64,000 nucleotides of DNA from Octopus vulgaris (taxonomy: Eukaryota), in NCBI GenBank assembly GCA_951406725.2, contig OX597823.1, forward strand, positions 88,908,001 to 88,972,000. Direction: 5' to 3'. The position numbers were made by a program, and so were the translations under genes. Below are positions 52,282-64,000 of this stretch, in pieces (position 1 is the stretch's first letter; each line of letters begins with the position of its first letter). Under the pieces are notes generated by a model that saw only the letters and a list, made by a program, of their open reading frames with translations, made no database searches and was not told the DNA's origin.

Positions 52282-52725
52282 ATTTTATCATATATATATA
52301 TATATATATACGACGGGCTTCTTTCAATTCCCATTAAAATATCTTCGGTCGGCCCAAGATGTCAAGCAGTGAGGCTAAACCAGGACGCATCTGGTTGGGA
52401 TGCAAGTTTCTTACTAATTAGCCGCTGTTGCACTCACGGTAAGTCAGTTTATTTTTTAAAAGTCCGAAAAAAAGCACACTCTAATTTTTCTTTAGTTTTT
52501 GTGAAGTAGTATTTTATGCAACCGTTAGGTATAGCCGGTCAGAACGTAACCATTGGCTTGAATATAGGCGACTAATCAGACCTGCCAATCAATCACAAAC
52601 AACCTCCGGCCGGTAGGCCTGACATATCTACTATAATGCTAAGAATAGCAACAGACATAAAACCAGTGGTACCTTTCTCAGCGGCCATAATCAAGACTAC
52701 ATAATACACACACACTAACTCACAT

Positions 52726-52758
<33 letters not shown>

Positions 52759-52831
52759 TACATATATACATGCATATATATACATATATATGTGCGTGTA
52801 TATATGTATGTATATATGTGTATATATATAA

Positions 52832-52911
<80 letters not shown>

Positions 52912-53479
52912 GAATGAGAATTGCAAATTCACACATGAAATACTATATCATGCTTCTCCCGGTATCTAGATGCATCATCACGAGGACACAAAAACACATT
53001 GACATATGTACCTTTGTGTTCTACATTGACCAAATTACATTGTTTGGATTTAATTATTTCCACATAACATTCTGCATGTTTTTGTTCTTGTCAGAAAATT
53101 GACAACTGTACCCCCATAGACGTATGAGAGAGACACAACGATAGCATAAAAGTAAATGCATTTTTCAGTACACCATGTTTACTTATTATGATTTGGTTAT
53201 TAATTAGATTAATATTTTAATACATTCTATATTTATGAGCTTCTAATAATTTCTATGCTTTTATATATAGACATTTTAATATAATGAATACAATTAATGC
53301 CTCGTAAAATTACAAGTAAATATTAATTACTTATTGTTTCAAACAAATTTTTATATATCACATATTTATTATTGCATGTAATTTCAGTTGTACTTTTTAT
53401 GCAGAAAATTGACATTCAAAATAGTACGCACATGGGAATTTGCTTATCAAATAATATTTTGTTTTAATGTCATTTGTGA

Positions 53480-54510
53480 AAGTTTATGCTTTAAATTTTT
53501 TTTACCACTTCCTATTATGACCAAGTGGGAAATGCATCAAACTGTAAGATCAATCCTACATTCTTTTAAATCATTAAAAGCAATATTCATCAGTATAATG
53601 CTAACTATTGGCAATGTAAATTTATCATTCTTCCTTCAGATCATCAGTGACCTATGTTTCATTATTGTAAAAACAATCATATGTAATGAAACAACAAAAG
53701 CATTACATCAATCGTATTACTTTCCTACACCTTCTCTTGAAAGTAAAGTGCATCAGACTTAGAAATCATGAGTAAATCGAAACATCATGAATGTCTCATT
53801 AATTTATATAAGATCTAACAATCCATAGCTAAATGCGGATAAGCACACGCAGTTGGAGAAATAGCTTTAATATCCAGATTTCTGATATATTTATGAAAAT
53901 CTCTAAAGATGCTGCCTAAAAACTTGGTTTCATCCAGTGTCAATCACTGTCTGATTCATGGACAAGGAGAGAATATACAGAACTCAGTTATGTCGTATAT
54001 CAAAATCTAAAATGATTTTGCGTGCAAATGTCTTGAGGCTCAGCTATAGAAAATTTTACTGAACACGAGATCCAATCTCATGCGTTACATACTTAGCTAT
54101 TCCATCAGTTTTATGACTCACGAAGTCAACATCTTGTAAGCAGTTTCCTGGTTGTGCAAAAAGCTTTGTAGGGAAAGCTTCTTCATTCATTATGACATTA
54201 CTCTTAAGGATTTGCCTATATATCAAGAAGTTCACCTAGCGACAGCAATGACTAAATTATTTGTAAACGAAAAAGACCAAATTCGCAACAGCAAATTAAT
54301 GTAATACACGCAAAGAATGCTGTGAATACCTTCAGGCTTGAAATTATTTGTAAAAGAAAACCTTGGTGGAAATGCTTCCTGGTCGGTTTAAATTCCTCAT
54401 GGGATAAAGTATTTGTATTCATAATAGAAGAAAACAATAAGAGTTGATAGCTGAGCGACAGAATAGCGAGAGATTTAAAGAGGATTTTGAATGAAAGCCG
54501 TTTCAAGTGA
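53480..54510 (+). mobile_element. Possible old hAT (Charlie/SPIN-like) transposase remnant
   Basis: VNHCLIHGQ at about 53940-53965 (the HCxxH motif), followed by RANVLRLSYRKF. Otherwise heavily decayed. Confidence 0.4.
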
Positions 54511-55345
54511 GGTACCATTACACTATGTGTAGGAAAATGTGCTATTTATTTCCCCTTTCCTCAGTCGGTGTTTAGTAGAGTAATTTTACCGAAGTAACGC
54601 AAGTTCTAAGGAGAACAAAGCAAATATAAAATAAATAGTACAGCGTAGTGATATACCACATCTTTTTCTAAACACTGTACCAAATATTGCATAATATATT
54701 ATTGTTCCCCAGTAACAAAAAGAGAGATTCATAAACAATGTCTGCTATATCAATTATGTTTGTTCTAAACATAGTCTTCATTAATATCTGCTATATTAAT
54801 TATGTCATTTTAATCAAATTAATTAACATGTAATTAATGTTACCATGTAATTAAAACACTGAACCTGTTTATATTTACATTAGAGCAATTAAAATTAATA
54901 AGCTTAATACAAAAGTGCGAAATTTCGGCTAGGTCGGTGAAAAGTATCCAGGAGTTTAAGAGGGCATTAGGATAAAACGGTAGAGAAAGTATGCGATGTG
55001 TAAGCTAGACAGGATAAGATTAAATCGATCGGGTGACAGATATAGAGAGGGGTATGAAGAGGGACAGACACAGAATGAATAGAGAGAAACATCGTCGCAC
55101 ACAAGTCTGCCCAAGTACATGTAGATTTTGCTTAAATATATATATATATATATATACGCTTACACACCATTTTAGCTTTCACACACACACTTGCGCACCC
55201 CAGTTCAGCTGGGGCATTATCTCCCTTTCACTCTGCATCTTCCTTCCGGTCATTTCAACATGTTGAACCGTTAAATCCCTCCATATTGTTTCTCTCTCCG
55301 TTTTTGTTTTCTTTCATTCTCTTCCGATTTTGTTTCCTCTCAACC

Positions 55346-55381
55346 CTTTCTGTCGAAGAACGTAGGCTCGAAACGACAAAG
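55346..55381 (+). ncRNA. Hammerhead-like motif, family C (degenerate)
   Basis: Reads cttt CTGTCGA agaac-gtag-gctc GAAAcgac aaag. Confidence 0.5.
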
Positions 55382-55486
55382 ACTTTTCCATGCTTCCCGC
55401 TTATTATTCCCTCACGTGTCTTCAGGCTTTCCTGTAAATTTGAACTATATGTGTGTGCATGTTGTGTGTGTTTTATGTATATTATG

Positions 55487-55551
<65 letters not shown>

Positions 55552-55618
55552 GGATGGATGGATGGATGGATGGATGGATGGATGGATGGATAGACAGACA
55601 GGCAGATAGATAGATAGG

Positions 55619-55765
<147 letters not shown>

Positions 55766-56402
55766 CTTTCAGAAAGAATTCTGGAGATGTCGCAATATTT
55801 GCAGGTAGAATTTCTAAAATTTAAAATTTGTAAATTATCTTTAAAATTCATAAAATTTCCAAGAAACCACACATGTTTTGGAAAGCTGTTTTCATATAGA
55901 GCAAATGCTTTCACTCTTTACAGCCTTTGAAACACTTTAAACTTCCTTTATGCAGATTACTGCTTAACGTGTTTTCTAAAGCTGTAAACAGCAAAAGCGT
56001 TTACAATATACGAAAACTTGTTTCAAAAAGATTTGCGTAATTCTGGTTTCTTTTCTTCAGATTCTTATAGAACTAATAATTTTTAATTTAAGAAAATCTT
56101 TCCTTAAATATATATGTCTTTGCCTCTGTGTGTGTTTTCATTACGCACACTCACGCAAACACTGTTTGCGTCTCAATCATTTCTTTCATGTTGAATTCAA
56201 TCGCATGCTGGATCTGATTGCATATATAATTCCATAATTTTGTTGTATTCGGCTTTCCTGTTTTCCCGAAGGTAGAAATACGTTTGATGTCTCTTTTCTA
56301 AATTTACATTCCACCATAACTATTTCATATTTAAGTACAATGTTAAACTTTGCATTAATAGGCGCGACATTTCTTAATATGCAATCGCTTCAGCAGTAAA
56401 TT

Positions 56403-56480
56403 TAACTGATTCCGAAATCGTGAATTTGTATCTTTTCAATGTAAACTTAGCTGGAATTAATTTCAATGTTATATATATAT

Positions 56481-56533
<53 letters not shown>

Positions 56534-56772
56534 CTAATAACGCGTGAAACATTGAAATTAATTCCAGCTAAGTTTACATTGAAAAAATACAAATTCACGA
56601 TTTCGGAATCAGTTATTGTATTTTTCATATAGGGAGTAGCGCTTCAACTCAGTTAAAGTTTAATAAGACATATATATATATTATACATATACATATATAT
56701 ACATATACATATATATATATATCTGTATATATATATAAGACATATATAGCGCTACTCCCTATATGAAAAATA
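56403..56772. repeat. Two adjacent inverted repeats around (TA)-rich spacers
   Basis: 56403-56470 pairs with 56548-56615 (about 68 bp, near perfect), and 56619-56643 pairs with 56748-56772 (25 bp, perfect). Confidence 0.9.
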
Positions 56773-58349
56773 GAATATTGTGCAAACTTCGAAATATAGA
56801 GTAAACAGCTGCAGTGCAATTATCTTCGCTTCTTTTTGTAAAAAAATATTGATTGCTTTCAAAGTATTGGTGACAATCATATTCGTGAAATTGATTTGAA
56901 AGGTACGTATGACTATGTACTTGAGATCACTATATTTGACACAACCGATGAGGAAATAAAACGAAAGGATATTTAAATTGTTAAATCTTAGACGTCTCAA
57001 AACAATAGAAACATTTTTGTATGGCTTTTAAATCTATGTCCAGTTATATTTCAATGCAAGAAAAAAAATTACCTATATGTGTTGTATGGATATAGGAAAA
57101 ATATCCTGAAGGTGAGTATTTTCCTTGTCTCTTCATATATGTTCATTTCAGATCACTTCTTCTGCAGTATGGTGCCATCTATTTGTTTCAAACCGATAAA
57201 AGTTATAAAGCAAGTTATGTGTGCATGTGTATGTTCGTATGTGTTTGTGTGTATGTGCATATGTGTACATATCAATGTATACGTGTGTATGTATGTATGA
57301 TGTACAAATATGCGTAGATACAAATAAATAATGTGTATGTGTATATATTTATATATATGTACGTAAGTGTGTGTGTGTGTTTGTGTGTGCGTGCTAAACC
57401 TTGTTTATTTGTGAAAATATAAAAGAAAATTAACATTAACAGGATGGATTAATCAATAGTTTTTTCTAGAGTATATTTCAGTTTTTACAGCGAAAAACCT
57501 GACAATGACACTGAAGTTGCGGCTTGCTTGCTGTCATCAGACTGTGCTTTACTTTCTTTCTTTCTGGTTTGATATAGTTTTTGACAGTTTATTTATTTGG
57601 AAGACGTTGAAATGTGAATGAGAATTGGAGGTGCTGTAGATAGATAGGAAAAGTAGTTGTGAAAATAGTAGGGAACAGAGAAGGATATGAGGAAAGCATG
57701 TGGGATTTGGATTGAAAAAAAAGCCATCGCAAATAAAATAATTGTCGTTTAATAAATGAAGTTTGTTATTGATTAAGGGTTCACTCAGGCGTGAAAAATA
57801 ATCGAGTTAAGATATATGTCATATCAAGGTTTGAAGATTTTCGTATGAATGATATTTGTATATAAGTTTGCTTTTCTGTAAATTTTGGGTTGATAAATGA
57901 ACGTTAATAGATAATGCTGTCTGATGCGTCATAGAGCATAGCTCAAATACGGGGTAAAGTTTGCGCTGGTGTTCATAGTTTTGTATTATCGAATTTTAAA
58001 CTAGGTTTTTCAGAAAAGATTGGATTACAAAAATTATGTTGCGATGAAATATTCATTGGGGCTATTCTAATTTGTTGCGTGGCTCTTTATGATGTTATAA
58101 ATATAGATACTCCATGTATATTATATACTCACGCATATACAGACACATACACACATGTATACTGACACATGTACACAGGCACAACTCATATATATGTATG
58201 TGTGTATGATTATGTGTACATATTTATAAAGATAGGTAGAGCGATATAAAGTTAGAGAGAGAGAAAGAAAGAAAGAAAGAAAAAAGGAAAGAAAGACAGA
58301 AAGAAAGAAAGAAAGAAAGAAAAAGGACAAACTAAACAAGACCGACAAA

Positions 58350-58711
58350 CTAAACAACAAACTGAAGCGATTTAACATTCCCTCTTCATCTTGGAAAACA
58401 AAGCATCAGGACGCAGGACCTAGCGCCAATCATGCTTCTCCTCAGTTCAAAAATTTGAGCAAAGTCGACTCCAGCATCGCGGCCAAATTGGTGCAAGCAT
58501 GAAAGCACACTGACAAAACGTTGCTCCTCTAAATGAAATCCTAACCTGTGATTGTGGTTTTAAGGCACGGAACAAAGCCGGCCAGGCCAACCACACAAGG
58601 AAACACGTTGCAAATGATTTACAAGCACTCGAACAAACTGTGTCCTTAACTCGTTCCATTTGCCCGAAGGTTTGCAAGGCACCAACAGACACATTTGTGT
58701 CCATAGAGCAT
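58350..58711 (+). pseudogene. RTE-clade LINE ORF C-terminal remnant
   Basis: Reads KLKRFNIPSSSWKTKASGRRT*RQSCFSSVQKFEQSR..LTCDCGFKARNKAGQANHTRKH..SICPKVCK. This fits the LK...I....WE..A.DR..WR...FE pattern plus C-terminal zinc fingers of RTE elements. Confidence 0.7.
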
Positions 58712-59053
58712 GATTACCGCTTTATATTACTGAACCCTCATTTGTCGTTCACGATGCGAGATTCCATCATATATATTAAGAGGTTCAAAATGCACCCGGA
58801 TCTGTTTCGATTTTCTTATATTTAAACTTTTAAAGACTTAACCGATTCCACAAAATTCTCTGACTATCAAAAGCTGAGGCAGAAAGACGTGTAGTTATGC
58901 TGCAACTGCCTTCCTTCTGAGTGGAGTTCAAAAATTCTAAGAGAGAACACGGCTCAAATTTATGTTTTTTTTTATTTATGTTTTGATTGTCCAACAATGA
59001 TCGCGTGATTACGCTTAGAAGTCTCCCGCTACTTCCGTTCTCTAACATATGTG

Positions 59054-59452
59054 AGGCACAGGAGTGGCTGTGAGGTAAGTAGCTTGTTTACCAACCACAT
59101 GGTTCCGGGTTCAGTCCCACTGCATGGCACCTTGGGCGTCTTCTACTGCAGCCTCGGGCCAACCAAAGCCTTGTGGGTGGATTTGGTAGACGGAAACTGA
59201 AAGAAGCTCGTCGTATATATGTATATATATATGTATGTGCGTGTATGTTTGTGTGTCTGTGTTTGTCCCGCTAGCGTTGCTTGACAACCGATGCTGGTGT
59301 GGTTATGTCCCCGTCACTTAGCGCTTCGGCAAAAGAGACCGATAGAATAAGTACTGGGCTAACAAAGAATAAGTCCCGGGGTCGAGTTGCTCGATTAAAT
59401 GCGATACATCAACATGGCTGCAGTCAAAATGACTGAAACCAGTAAAAAGAGA
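59054..59452 (+). mobile_element. tRNA-type SINE family 1, full length (probably the octopus OK-type SINE)
   Basis: A box tggctgtgaggtaag, B box gggttcagtccc, internal (TA/TG)n, and tail gactgaaaccagtaaaaagag. At least six other partial copies in the window. The family name is from recall. Confidence 0.9.
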
Positions 59453-59812
59453 GATATGTTTATCACCGAAAGTTAAGCTGTCACGGTTGAGTGAACAAGT
59501 TTAGTGACAATCCCAAACAATCAAGGCTGTTTGAATTTTATCTGTCAAATGTGGTACATGAAAGTCACGTGATTAGCTTTAGAAATTTTTGCAGATTCCC
59601 CGTTAAACCCATGCGTTAATATCACGTCACTATATTTTTGGCGCCGAAAATTAAGGGTGACACGTTTGAGTAAATATGTATAGTGCCAGTCTCAAAATAA
59701 GGGCGTCTAAATTTAATCTCTCGAGTGAAGAGTGGACAGGAGTTCTATGTAGCCCAGTGGCTGAATAGAAAACAAACAGATGTATTAGTATAACACTCGG
59801 GAATTGAAAAGG

Positions 59813-59849
59813 TCTTTTACGTTTCGAGCCTACGCTCTTCCACAGAGAG
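59813..59849 (-). ncRNA. Hammerhead-like motif, family C (CTGTGGA core)
   Basis: Reads ctct CTGTGGA a GAGC-gtag-GCTC GAAA cg TA aaaga. Confidence 0.55.
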
Positions 59850-59935
59850 GAATACAGAAAGAAACTAGGAGAGAGAAAAAAAGAGAAGGGAGAGAAAAAA
59901 GAGAGAAGAAATGAGAGAAAAAGATATATATATAT

Positions 59936-59986
<51 letters not shown>

Positions 59987-60133
59987 TATATATATTATAT
60001 ATATATACACACACACGCGCACATACTATTTCTCATAGCAATCTATTTTGTCGCAATGTGTGTTCCATTCAAAATGTATTTGAAAATGTTCTTGAATATT
60101 AATAGACAGAAAGAAAGAGAGAAAGAAAGAAAA

Positions 60134-60164
<31 letters not shown>

Positions 60165-60674
60165 GAAGGAAGAATGGAAGAAAGAATATGCTAAAGGACC
60201 AAAAAAGTCTTGATGTTTTATAAGGAATCCATTTTTTGCATATTTTCAAATATAGAAGGAATTACTTTACAATATATACACACATATATACACACATACA
60301 TACGCACACAATATACATGTATGTGTGCGCGTGTATAGATAGATAGATACATACATACATACATGCATACATACATACGTAGGTAGGTAGGTAGGTAGGT
60401 ACATGGATGGATAGATGATACAGACAGAGACAGAGAGAGAAATCGATGTATAGGTGATGTTTGTGTCAGTGAAAGTTTATATATATATATACCTACATAT
60501 GTATGAATGTAGGTGCGTGTATAAGTCAGATACGAAATACATATTGCGTATGAGGTGGCATCTGTAATCATAGAGCAATTCGTTTCTTAATTGGCCGCAT
60601 TTGGATTCGTCCTGTGAAGCTGGATCACATGTGGAAGCTACTTGCATATAAAGTAATAGTGTAAGAAATATATG

Positions 60675-60742
<68 letters not shown>

Positions 60743-60804
60743 GATACACAGATAGATATACCATATATATATATATATATACACGCATATGTATGTAGAT
60801 ATAC

Positions 60805-60864
<60 letters not shown>

Positions 60865-61487
60865 ATATATACACACACACATACATACATACATACATAC
60901 ATACATACATACATACATACATACATACATACATACATACATACATACATACATACATACATACATACATACATACATACATACATACATACATACATAC
61001 ATGTGTATTTCGGGTATATGCATATTTTGTGAACTATTGAACGACAGCGAGCAAGGAATACAAAAAAAGAGACAGAAAGTCAAAATCAGAAATATGAACT
61101 GAATGCGCATTTCTCTTATTTTTTATGTGCTTCTTTATAGTTTTTGTCGATCTCTGAGTGACAGGAGTCACTATTCTTATGCATGTATTAATTCTTATTT
61201 AGATTTATAAATAAATATCCTTTTCTTGTGTATGTGTGTGTGTGTGTGTGTATTCATAAATACACACATACGTGCATCATTTTGTATTAATATATTTTCA
61301 CAATGTCTTCCATCCATGTGCCGGAACATGCGTTTCAATGGGAAAAATCTAAAATCCTAACGCCATTTGCATCTATTTAATTATGCTGGTGTTAAAAAGA
61401 ATTCCTGTTGAAATCGTTACGGAAAAGAAGAAATGGAATTTAGTTGATAAATTCTTTGAAGTAAAATGCACACACAAACACACACAT

Positions 61488-61540
<53 letters not shown>

Positions 61541-61575
61541 CACGTATGTATATACATACATACATATATATATAC

Positions 61576-61613
<38 letters not shown>

Positions 61614-61632
61614 CAAGGATATCCAGAGGTAA

Positions 61633-61719
61633 TGCAGTACGATCGTTTCATGCAACTCCATTTAATTGAACAATGCAATCATTAAATCAATTTAAAATGC
61701 AGACCAAGCTTCAGCTGCA
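61633..61719 (-). ncRNA. Hammerhead-like motif with long stem II
   Basis: Reads tgcag CTGAAGC, about 55 nt, then GAAACGATCGTA ctgca. Stem I is 5 bp, stem III is the palindrome ACGATCGT, and the triplet is GUA. Core A9 is altered. Confidence 0.55.
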
Positions 61720-62301
61720 GAAAGACATAGAATATAATTAAATTACAACAGATGGACACATTAGTATAATTATACCTAAAATCTCCCAAAAAATTAAGGA
61801 GATAACAAAGAACATGCTGTCTCACTCCAATTTAGATATATATGTATATAAATAACAGAAAAGGGGAATTTCGATTATCCCCACGTGGTGAGTTGTAATG
61901 TATATAAGAAATTAAAAAAGGAACACTAACATAGTGTTAATATAATCTTTAATTTATCGGCTGGTTTCGCTATCGCTACTCATGATATTATGTTTTACTT
62001 ATTTGAATATATATTCTTTCTTAAGAAAAATGTTGTCCATGTTGTGTGTGATGAAATTCACGAGCTAATGAATTCACAAGTAGATAAATAAAGGGGGGTA
62101 ATCTGTTGTCGTTATTATTGTTATTGTTGTGGGTAAGGGAGATAACTGTTCAGCTTTCGGTAATGGGAGGGGAATATATATGTGTACAGAGAGAGACAAG
62201 TTTCAAAAACCTTGTTTAGTACAGTGATGTAATCGTGAAGTGAAATATGTAAAAAGATAAAAGTTGGTTATGTGTGCATATTAACACGTGTTTTGTATTT
62301 T

Positions 62302-62565
62302 TCAATGAAAAATGTTTATTTTATTTAAACATTCTAGTTGAGAGATTGTGTCTTTGCACTGGTAGAAATGGAAGACTGTGAAATTTGGTTTGATGATACC
62401 TGCACTTTTTTCTATATGTTCACTGAGAGGAATTTGTCTGTATTGTGGGAAACGGACTTGCTCTTTATGTAGAGTGGTTCTCTTGCTCAAGGTCATACTT
62501 GTTTGTCCAATATAGTGGTGTCCGCAACCCGAGCAGGTTATTACATAATTTAGGTTCTCAAGGTT
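62302..62565 (-). pseudogene. Penelope-like retroelement GIY-YIG endonuclease remnant
   Basis: Reads ENLNYVITCSGCGHHYIGQTSMTLSKRTTLHKEQVRFPQYRQIPLSEHIE. Clearly homologous to 2951-3178. Confidence 0.88.
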
Positions 62566-62594
62566 ATATATATATATATAAGTATATACATATA

Positions 62595-63454
62595 CGTGGT
62601 CTGTCAATATGTATTAGGACTATTGTCAGTGTAACATAGAGAAAATACGTAGAGTGAAGCCGCTTGGCACAGATTGACCTTGAACTCTGTTCTGTATGCG
62701 CCTTAAGCTTTAACGTCCTACCTCAATTCCGCTGTTTACAGCACTGCTTGGAATGAAATGATCGTGTGATCGTCGCATTGACCTTGACAGATAATGTTGA
62801 GCAGATTATCTCCATCAAATTTTGCCAAAAGCTTGGTGATACATGTTCAGAGGCCTGCGAAAAATTTTCCGAAAGCTTACATCGTTCTCGACACAATCAA
62901 TAAGAGTTTGTACAACTGAAAGCCGAGTCAGTTGAAACCAGTTTTGGCACAAACTGAGCAGACACGTGTCACGCGTCTCATACCCAAATCTTCGGTGATA
63001 ATGGACTAAACTGAACCGTAACTAATCTGCACATATTCTGATAACTCACGGATGGTGATTCAGTGATTTCCCCTCAGAGCTGCACGCACATCTGTGATAT
63101 TATTCTCAGTTCTGGTGGTTGCAGGTGTCCCAGAACGTTCGTCAATATCGACAGATTTTCGGCCATCTTGGAAACCTCTGAACCACAGGTACACTTGTGT
63201 GCAGCTCATACACTTCTTGTAATTTTGCGTAGTCTCTAAGAAGGTATCCCCATGACAGCTTTCTCTGTCGTGGTCAATGCGACGATCACACGCTAAACAC
63301 CTTCCTTCCAAGCACTGCTGTAAACAGTGGAAGTGAACTTGAACGTTAAATCTTAGTGCGGAGGCACCGCAGAGTTCAAGGTCAATCTTTGCTAAGCGGC
63401 TTCACTCTGCGTTCTTTAACTTCGTTACTATGGATATTTATTGGCCGGAGCTCG
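62595..63454. mobile_element. mariner-derived non-autonomous element with long inverted 5' ends
   Basis: Flanked by TA. 62595-62785 is inverted at about 63271-63454. The plus strand carries the N-terminus NVEQIISIKFCQKLGDTCSEA. The minus strand carries MSCTQVYLWFRGFQDGRKSVDIDERSGTPAT..ITIREL..ISYGSV..IITEDLGMRRV. Confidence 0.88.
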
Positions 63455-63465
63455 TATATATACAT

Positions 63466-63552
<87 letters not shown>

Positions 63553-63623
63553 TTTATATATATATATATACTTACATACATACATGCACACATATATTTA
63601 TACAGATGGAGAGGGGCAAGAAT

Positions 63624-63662
<39 letters not shown>

Positions 63663-63759
63663 GTGAGATGGAAAGAGGTAGGAAACGAAAGAGAAAAGCG
63701 ATGAAGGATATAAAAAAACTAATAAAACAGGAGATGTAAGATTAGCAAAAACGCTATTA

Positions 63760-64000
63760 GCGTAACACTTTAATGGGAAAAGAAAGACTTATCCTTTCGG
63801 ATTTAATTTCTTTACCTGAAGACATAGAAGTCAGATAGAGTGAGAAAGAGTAATTGTCAGTGAGAGCAGAAGAATATTCCGGTGAAGGAGTTTGGAATGT
63901 GGTGGGAGTGCGGTTCACTCTGGGAGAAATCAGGGAAGAATTTGGAAGGGAGTGCAATTCCATGTTTGGGAGAGTCTTGAAGCGGGCATATCTGTGAGGT
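63760..64000 (-). mobile_element. Possible CR1/L2/Jockey-type LINE 3' remnant
   Basis: Minus-strand pieces (PRVNRT, HSNSF-like, SDFYVFR) loosely resemble LINE ORF2 ends. Cut off by the window edge. Confidence 0.3.

Noticed and set aside
59054-59130. tRNA gene at SINE heads (also 9944, 2830-2900 and 8060-8130)
   Set aside because: A/B boxes are present but there is no full cloverleaf, and each continues into a repeated SINE body.

Overview
AT-rich eukaryotic non-coding DNA, dense in (TA)n, (ACAT)n and (GATA)n microsatellites. The repeat content resembles an octopus (coleoid cephalopod) genome; this is an inference from recalled SINE families, not a database result. I could not support any host protein-coding exon, and nearly all ORFs in the track are microsatellite translations. 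The window is mostly decayed mobile elements: three tRNA-type SINE families, three Penelope-like (PLE) GIY-YIG remnants, Helitrons (one helicase pseudogene, three non-autonomous copies), hAT transposase pseudogenes, Tc1/mariner and pogo derivatives, and Tx1/RTE LINE ends. The most striking pattern is about 15 type I hammerhead-ribozyme (HHR) or HHR-like motifs from several short non-coding families. The cleanest are at 29574-29623 (+) and 29471-29520 (-). In five loci these elements form inverted pairs with identical polarity (left arm minus, right arm plus, 3' ends running outward into microsatellites). This suggests a family of PLE-dependent, ribozyme-bearing fold-back mini-retroelements. 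All folds and translations were read by eye, and coordinates of decayed elements are approximate.
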